Below, piece by piece: positions 57,765 through 64,000 of a stretch of 64,000 nucleotides of DNA (the stretch's first letter is position 1; the number at the start of each line of letters is the position of its first letter). The notes under the pieces were generated by a model, which was given only the letters and a program-made list of their open reading frames with translations, was not told where the DNA came from and ran no database searches. The position numbers and the translations under genes are program-made. Location: positions 15,500,001 to 15,564,000 of the forward strand of contig JBHGNT010000016.1 of the NCBI GenBank assembly GCA_043228905.1, given 5' to 3'. Origin of the DNA: Azolla caroliniana (taxonomy: Eukaryota > Plantae > Polypodiophyta).

Positions 57765-60700
57765 TCATTCCTCGCCCGTCGGTTCTTCCTCGTTTTCGGA
57801 TCGTTCGTCACTGCCGACCAGGAGAGCCGGGTCGGGCTCGTCGTCGTGTCGCTTCTTGAACGCTTTGATCCGCTTCCCTGCAACCGGTATCACCATTCTC
57901 GTGCCGTCGAGTTCCGCCAGGTGATATGTCCCGTTGTCATTGGCGCTCCGCACCACGTAAGGCCCAAACCACCTTCGTGCGAACTTCCGTGTAGCTCGGT
58001 GCTGGTTGTCGAGGCTGCTGTCGTAGACGAGCACCCAGTCACCTTCTTCGATCTTCTTCGGTCGGAGCCGGTGCGTTCGGTCGAACCTGGCTTTGTTCTT
58101 TGCCCTCGCCACCCGGAGCCTCTCCGCAGCCAGTTCCACGTCCTCCGGTCTCCGCTCGAGCTGGCGTATACGCGCGGCCAACAACTCCTCCCGGCTCATC
58201 TCGTTCCTCCAGTCGACCGTAGCCCACGAGGAGATCGTCCGTTCCATCGGCATGACCGGCTTCTGGCCGAACATGAGCTCCGTCGGCATGTACCCGGTTA
58301 CCGAACTGTGCGTGGTCCGGTCTGCCCACAAAGCATAAGGTAGCAGCCGCGGCCAGTTACCGACTTGGCCTCCGCATGCCCGAACCAACGCCTTGACTAT
58401 CGGCCCGTGTCCGCGCTCCACCTTCCCATTCGCCTCCGGATTGTACGCAGTGGTGAGCGAGAGCTTAACTCCGAGCCGGTCGAACAGCTCCGCGGCTTCT
58501 TCGGTGTCCAACTCCCCTCGATCAGCCACGATCTTCCCGACGCACCCGTACCGGCATATCACGTCCTCGATTAGGAACCGACATACGGCCGCGGTTGTTT
58601 TGTTCGGGAGGGCTCGTCCTTCCACCTGGTTCGTCAGATCCTCCCGTGCTAGGACCAGGTACCGCATCTGTCCTACCCCCATTGGCATCGTCACCAGATC
58701 TACCATCCATTTGAAGTGGATGGTCGGAGGGTACGTAGGGTGAAGCTCGTCCCGGTGTCGGACTATGGAGTGCGTCTGACAGCTCTCGCAAGTTGTCACG
58801 AACCGATGCACGTCCTGGTACTGCCCCGGCCACCAATACTTCCCCTTTAGTTTCTCAAACGTAGCCCATGTCCCACGGTGTCCAGCCCAAGGGCTGTCGT
58901 GGCAGGCCGCTAGCAGTTCCTCCTGATCTTCCTTCATTGCCACCACCCGGAGCGGGACGCCGTTCCTCTTCTTCGGGTGCTTCCACAAGTATCCATCCCG
59001 GAGAAAGAATCGGTAAGCTTTCTTCCGGATCCGGTTGGCCTCGTCTTTCGTCCATGACGCATCCGGCGCCATTGTTCTCAAGAACCCGCCGATCTGCAGC
59101 CACTCCCCGTCGTACTTGCTCGCGTCGAAGTCGTTAAGCGCCGGAGTGCTCGACCCGCCGGTTGTTACGTATGCTGCCTCGAAGAAGTCCACGCCGACCT
59201 CCTCGTCCTCCGAAACCATGGCGCCCTCGTCATCGAATCTCGCCCTTGAAAGCATGTCGGCCATGGCGTTGTCTTTCCCGGAAATGTGTCGTATTTCCGG
59301 GTCCAGGGACTTGATGTACGCTATCCACCTGAGCATTGCCAGGTCCGGCGTCGCGCATCCGGAAACCATGCCGAGAATCGGCATGCAATCCGTCTCTATG
59401 ATTACCTCTGTCCCGATCAGATAGTCCTTGTCGGCCTTCACCGCCGAAACGATACCCCAGAGTTCGCGTTTAACCTGGGCGTATCCTCGCTGCCGTTCGC
59501 TGAGGACCTTCGCGCCGAATCGGATTGGAAACCGATTGCCGTCCTCGTCTTCTTGGTTGACGACCCACCCGATTCCGGTCGGACTCGTGTCAACCGTTAT
59601 GTACACTGGGGTTCCCTTCCTGTAGACGGCCTTTCGGAGCGCCGGTGCTGCCGAAAGAGCCTCCTTCAGCTTCCGGACCGACTCCGCGTGCTTGTCTAGC
59701 CATTCGAATCTTCGCCCTTTCTTCAATAATCCGTACAGCGGCTCCGCGACGTGCGCGTAATGCGGGATCCATATGTGGTAGAAGGCGCATGCTCCCAAGA
59801 ATCTTCGTACTTCCGTGACCGAGCCGCAGTCAGGCTTCATCGCGGAGATGGCCTCTACCTTTGCCGGAGACGGTTTCCGGCCATATGGCCCACACAAATG
59901 TCCGACCACCATGATTTCCGACTGCCCGAAGGCAGACTTCTCCCCCGAGAAGGTGAGCCTCGCATCCTCTAGCCCTTGCAGCACCTTCTCGCAGTCGTCA
60001 ATGTGTGTCACCACGAATCGCCGGCATCCGTCCGGCCCGATCGTCTCGTCCTTCTCTTCTACCGGGCATCCCTTGATCGGGATGTCGTCTAGAAACGGCA
60101 TGGTGATGTCCGGGACGCAGTCCCTCAGCACCTTGTTCATTGCATTCACCATGTGGGCCACCGAGTTGGTCCCTCCTTGTGGCAGCGTACACATCCGCAC
60201 TAGGCCGAGGGGAGTTCGCATCGTCGTAATGTCTCTGCTCTCCACGGCTAGCTGGAACTGTTCGTACCCTGAGTATAGATCACCGACCGAGTAAATCGAC
60301 CTTCCGGCGAAGGCCTCCGCGAACTCGTCTACGGTCGGTCCGATCCCTGCGTTCCGAATGGTCACCCTATTGACCGGTTGCAGGTCCTGAATGAAGCGTA
60401 ATGACCCGTTTTTCTTTGGTACGGTAAACCATCGGTTTGAATACGGGGCGCTCGACGGCTCGAGAATGCCCATATCAACTTTCTGCTTCAACAGCTCCAT
60501 CAACTTCAGGATGTGAGCTCTCGGAACCGGAATTGGCTTGAGATTCCACGGTACATGCGGCACCGTGAATATCACCATTGGCTCTACGATCGTCGGGTCT
60601 ACGCACCCGATTTCCTCCGGTGAGAATGCGAAGGCTTTCCCGTGCCTTCCGAGCATTCTCCGAAACCGGTCTTCCTCCACCGGCAGTAGGAACCCGCCCC

Positions 60701-61247
60701 CACCGATCTTCAGCTCGCGGAGCGTCTCGTTGGTGAAGGTGTGTCCTATGCCGGCCGGATCTCGTAAGCTGGGGTCCGATGCAACCCCTTTGATTCGGGA
60801 TTCGCTGCCCTCCGGTAAGGGCGCCGCAACTGGCCTCACCTTCCGGTCCACAGTCTTGTACTTGGTGCTAACTCGGGCCGTTCGTTCCGACTCGAGCCCT
60901 CGACCGAAGTCCGCGATGACTTCGTACATTTCTTCGGAACATACCGGTATCGTCCGGTCTTCGATAAGGTCTTCTTCGACTACCCTCCCCAGCATTCCCA
61001 AGGTGTCGTCGAAGGAGACTGCCTCCACGGCTCCGTTGATTTCTTCGTCAGGGCCGAGAACTCCGCACGCCCGAAGTCTCCCCTCCGTCTTTGTTTTCTC
61101 TCGGCCGGCGATGCCGACCATCGTACATGCTCCGTTGTCGGAGAAGCAAAATTTCCTACCTATTGTACACGGTTTTATCGTACAGATGTGGGGTTTTCCC
61201 GGAGCATCCGGACTGTCGCGGCCCCACGCCTTGGCAGTCCTCTCTAA
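57765..61247 (-). CDS. pol: Pol (RT-RH-INT) in the -1 frame
   Basis: Open ORF of more than 1100 aa, colinear with 27180-30662. Confidence 0.95.
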   Translation of the reverse strand, partial: LERTAKAWGRDSPDAPGKPHICTIKPCTIGRKFCFSDNGACTMVGIAGREKTKTEGRLRACGVLGPDEEINGAVEAVSFDDTLGMLGRVVEEDLIEDRTIPVCSEEMYEVIADFGRGLESERTARVSTKYKTVDRKVRPVAAPLPEGSESRIKGVASDPSLRDPAGIGHTFTNETLRELKIGGGGFLLPVEEDRFRRMLGRHGKAFAFSPEEIGCVDPTIVEPMVIFTVPHVPWNLKPIPVPRAHILKLMELLKQKVDMGILEPSSAPYSNRWFTVPKKNGSLRFIQDLQPVNRVTIRNAGIGPTVDEFAEAFAGRSIYSVGDLYSGYEQFQLAVESRDITTMRTPLGLVRMCTLPQGGTNSVAHMVNAMNKVLRDCVPDITMPFLDDIPIKGCPVEEKDETIGPDGCRRFVVTHIDDCEKVLQGLEDARLTFSGEKSAFGQSEIMVVGHLCGPYGRKPSPAKVEAISAMKPDCGSVTEVRRFLGACAFYHIWIPHYAHVAEPLYGLLKKGRRFEWLDKHAESVRKLKEALSAAPALRKAVYRKGTPVYITVDTSPTGIGWVVNQEDEDGNRFPIRFGAKVLSERQRGYAQVKRELWGIVSAVKADKDYLIGTEVIIETDCMPILGMVSGCATPDLAMLRWIAYIKSLDPEIRHISGKDNAMADMLSRARFDDEGAMVSEDEEVGVDFFEAAYVTTGGSSTPALNDFDASKYDGEWLQIGGFLRTMAPDASWTKDEANRIRKKAYRFFLRDGYLWKHPKKRNGVPLRVVAMKEDQEELLAACHDSPWAGHRGTWATFEKLKGKYWWPGQYQDVHRFVTTCESCQTHSIVRHRDELHPTYPPTIHFKWMVDLVTMPMGVGQMRYLVLAREDLTNQVEGRALPNKTTAAVCRFLIEDVICRYGCVGKIVADRGELDTEEAAELFDRLGVKLSLTTAYNPEANGKVERGHGPIVKALVRACGGQVGNWPRLLPYALWADRTTHSSVTGYMPTELMFGQKPVMPMERTISSWATVDWRNEMSREELLAARIRQLERRPEDVELAAERLRVARAKNKARFDRTHRLRPKKIEEGDWVLVYDSSLDNQHRATRKFARRWFGPYVVRSANDNGTYHLAELDGTRMVIPVAGKRIKAFKKRHDDEPDPALLVGSDERSENEEEPTGEE

Positions 61248-63370
61248 AAATCCTCCCGGTTTTCGGAATCGAGGGAGTCGCGGTTACGTTCGTGGTTCGG
61301 CCGTACCGTCAGAAACTGGACCGAATGGCGCCCGTCTTGGCTTTTGACCCTCGCGTAGGCCGAACCATTGTCCAGCACCTTGGTCTCCATCCGCGCCGCC
61401 GTGATGTACGGCTCTCCCAGTATGACCGGATGCGAAGACGTTTCCTGCACGAAGAAGTGCTGGTCGATCTCGACGTCGCCGATCTTGACTCGCACATTCG
61501 GACAGGCCCCGTGCAGCTCCTCGGTGGCGCGCGTTGCCGCCCTTATTTTCCACCCGTGCTTGGTGTTGATCGGCCATTTGCCCTTCTTATAGAAGTCCAT
61601 GGACATCAAGTTGATCTCCGATCCGTGGTCCACCAAAGCTATCACCGGTTCCTGGACATCGCCGATCTTCACCGGGGTTTCCGTGGTCGCTCGGGCCCAG
61701 TGTGGTCTCGAGTAGTGGCTTTCCGCCCACTCGTCTCCCAGCGCCATGTCGTCTAGGTGCGTCGTCCGCACTTCCACTGGCCTTTCCGGTTCTGTCTCCG
61801 TTGACAGCCTCTTCCGTTTCACCAAGTCCACGATGGAGTCGTGGAACTCCTTCTTGGCGATTCCCAGCACCTCTCGTAACGACAGCTCCACCTTGCTGTC
61901 GAGGATCCGTTCCTCCAGGACCCTTCGTAAGTCCGTGGTCCTTTCTATCTCCGTCCCCAGACGGTACCCGCCCTTCTGGGGTTTATCTTTCGTACCGGCC
62001 CCGCCGGCTTCGTCCCGTCGTGGCCCGGACCGGGTCTCGTATCGTTGTGAGGGCCCGGTCGTCCCGGGTTTCCCCACCCGCTTCTCTTCTACCAGAGCCT
62101 CGTAGTTCTGGCAAGCGGCTTCCACGAAGCCCGTCCTTTCCTCGACCGGGTCGCTCCACCCGGTTATCTCCCGTACCCGTTTCTCCGCGCGGTCCGATTC
62201 CTCCCCTTTAAGCCTTGCTCCGGCAAGACCTCCCAGCATCGTCGGCCAGAATCCGGCTTTGCTTTCTCTTCGGGCCTCGCCGCCCCCGACTCGAATGCCG
62301 GCCGACGCCGAGTAGTGGACGGTTTCCGCGTGTCGGGCCGCCGCCTCTTCCATCACCCTTTTCATACCACCTCGCCCGTCGTTTCGGCTTAGGGCCCTTC
62401 GGGTGTCGCTGGCATGCACCCGCCCTTCCCACAGGTACACCACCCCGTCCCTTAGCGCCTCCGCGAAGTCGCCGCAGTCCTTCCGAATGTGGCCGACTTC
62501 ATCGCACCACATGCACCTGTTTCCTGCCGCCGGCCGTCGGTCACGAGCCGGTTCGCCACCTTCCCTTCGGGCTTGCGCGATTTGGAGGTCCTTTACCGCC
62601 CTCGTCAATTCCTCCAGCGCCGCTCCTCCGGTTGAGCCTCTGACTACGCCGGTCGAAGCCGAACCGGTTTCCAACCGCTCTCCGGTCTCTTCCTTTCGCA
62701 CCTGTGGCGCTGGTTCGAACTTCCTTGCTACGACCGAGCCCGACCCGGTTACCCCGTTATCCGCCCATTCTCGCCGTTTGTCGAAACGGCCACAGACTTT
62801 CTTGACAGCCGCCCAGTCGGTAGTGAGCCCGTCTTCGGTTTCCAGCAAGAGGCCCACTTGCTCCCGATCCCGGTCGTCGACCGACTTGACAAACAGCAAG
62901 ACCCGGCTCGTGTCCAGGATGGTTCGGTCGAGCGCCGAAAGGCGCGCAAAGTTTTCCTCGAACTCCCGGAGGAGTGCCGACGCGTTTCTTCCCTTCCCCG
63001 GGGACTCCACCCATTCCATGAACCTTCGCTTCGAAAGCCGGAGCGCGTCGTCCAGCCCGTATTTCTCTAGGAGCCGCCCTTCGAACTCCTCCCAGGTACG
63101 GCTCTCCGCCCGCACCTCGAGCACCTCCGCATGGATGCTCGGCATCGCGACTCGGGGAAATCCGGCAAGACGCCTTTCTTCCGGAATGTCCCGCATTAAC
63201 ATTTCTGCACCGTAGGACGCCAGATACTTCGTGGCATCCCTCCCATCGAACCGGCCGATCGTGCCGACGACCGCCTCAATAGCTCTGTCGAGGGCACCGG
63301 TGCCCTCGCGCGCGTTTACAATCCGATCCACGGCCGAAGCCATGGCCTCTGCAAGATCCGACCCCCTCAT
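61244..63370 (-). CDS. gag: Gag-protease polyprotein
   Basis: Colinear with 25057-27183; CCHC knuckle and DHGSE protease motif. Confidence 0.93.
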   Translation of the reverse strand: MRGSDLAEAMASAVDRIVNAREGTGALDRAIEAVVGTIGRFDGRDATKYLASYGAEMLMRDIPEERRLAGFPRVAMPSIHAEVLEVRAESRTWEEFEGRLLEKYGLDDALRLSKRRFMEWVESPGKGRNASALLREFEENFARLSALDRTILDTSRVLLFVKSVDDRDREQVGLLLETEDGLTTDWAAVKKVCGRFDKRREWADNGVTGSGSVVARKFEPAPQVRKEETGERLETGSASTGVVRGSTGGAALEELTRAVKDLQIAQARREGGEPARDRRPAAGNRCMWCDEVGHIRKDCGDFAEALRDGVVYLWEGRVHASDTRRALSRNDGRGGMKRVMEEAAARHAETVHYSASAGIRVGGGEARRESKAGFWPTMLGGLAGARLKGEESDRAEKRVREITGWSDPVEERTGFVEAACQNYEALVEEKRVGKPGTTGPSQRYETRSGPRRDEAGGAGTKDKPQKGGYRLGTEIERTTDLRRVLEERILDSKVELSLREVLGIAKKEFHDSIVDLVKRKRLSTETEPERPVEVRTTHLDDMALGDEWAESHYSRPHWARATTETPVKIGDVQEPVIALVDHGSEINLMSMDFYKKGKWPINTKHGWKIRAATRATEELHGACPNVRVKIGDVEIDQHFFVQETSSHPVILGEPYITAARMETKVLDNGSAYARVKSQDGRHSVQFLTVRPNHERNRDSLDSENREDF

Positions 63371-64000
63371 CTTCTGCTCTTCTGCCGCCTCTTTCACGTC
63401 GGGTTCACCAAAGATGTCGAGATATTACGCAAGTGCGTGTGAAAACGAGGCGGGACCGCGGGGGTCTCGAACCAAAGAGCAAGCAAGGGAGGAGAAAGAG
63501 AGAGAACCGGCTACGCAGGACCGGGGATACGCAGGGACACGGCCCTTCAGCACGGAGAACGCGACAGACACCGACACAGACAGATGCGAATGACTAAATG
63601 TGTATATTAACAAAAATGGCTAGCACGACTACAACCCTCGATGGGGCGCAGGTGGGTTACAACCGAACAGGCCGGCGAACAGATGCCGATGCCTGTTCGC
63701 TTCGACGCACAAAAGGGGGGAGCAGGTCGGAGGTGCTGCCGGAAGCACTCAGGCGTTCCTCGAAACAGCGCGAGCCTCCTCGGAAGCCTGCACAGAAAGC
63801 TATGGAGCTCAAGAAGGAAGGAAAACAGAGAGAGAAGCGTCCAGAAACGGTCCGACAGCACTTCGTCCTCTCTGCGCGAGATCCCTGCAACAGCTCTTTC
63901 CTGCTCCTTATATAGGCCGTTGAGCAGGCCTTCGTCTCAGCTTTATTCCCTGTCCCTTTTGACAGGGATCTCCTCCGATCTTCCCGCATCCGCGTAGTTA

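Larger units (their letters stand above)
56909..64000 (-). mobile_element. Intact young Ty3/Gypsy copy 2 (sister subfamily of copy 1); 5' LTR runs off the window
   Basis: 3' LTR 56909-57693 (785 bp); 5' LTR from 63415 with no difference seen over the visible part; tRNA-Trp PBS 63393-63410; inserted at the end of a Copia RNase H. Confidence 0.96.

Overview
The window is a gene-free, deeply nested transposon block from a eukaryotic genome. The element mix (Tcn1-like chromoviruses, an RTE/RTEX-type LINE, a PBS matching plant tRNA-Trp) suggests a non-seed land plant; that is an inference. No host gene, rRNA, true tRNA gene or CRISPR array was found. Contents: a near full-length LINE inside a Copia solo LTR inside a Gypsy LTR; a non-autonomous LTR element with a ~25-unit minisatellite; several decayed Copia elements (one structurally complete); two Tcn1-like chromoviruses; a non-autonomous hAT-like element; and two very young copies of a non-chromoviral Gypsy family. 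The most interesting signals are three. (1) Three self-priming chromovirus-type families each carry an outward-facing tRNA-like (A box/B box) module at the U3 end of the LTR. (2) The same three families show a covarying self-primer/PBS pair plus a local hairpin that would mask the 3'-LTR copy of the primer. (3) The young Gypsy family has a Gag-Pro / -1 frameshift / RT-RH-INT layout, a predicted pseudoknot identical in both copies, a tRNA-Trp PBS and an apparent 4-bp TSD. Coordinates were read by eye and may be off by a few bases; lineage names come from motif recognition, not database searches.
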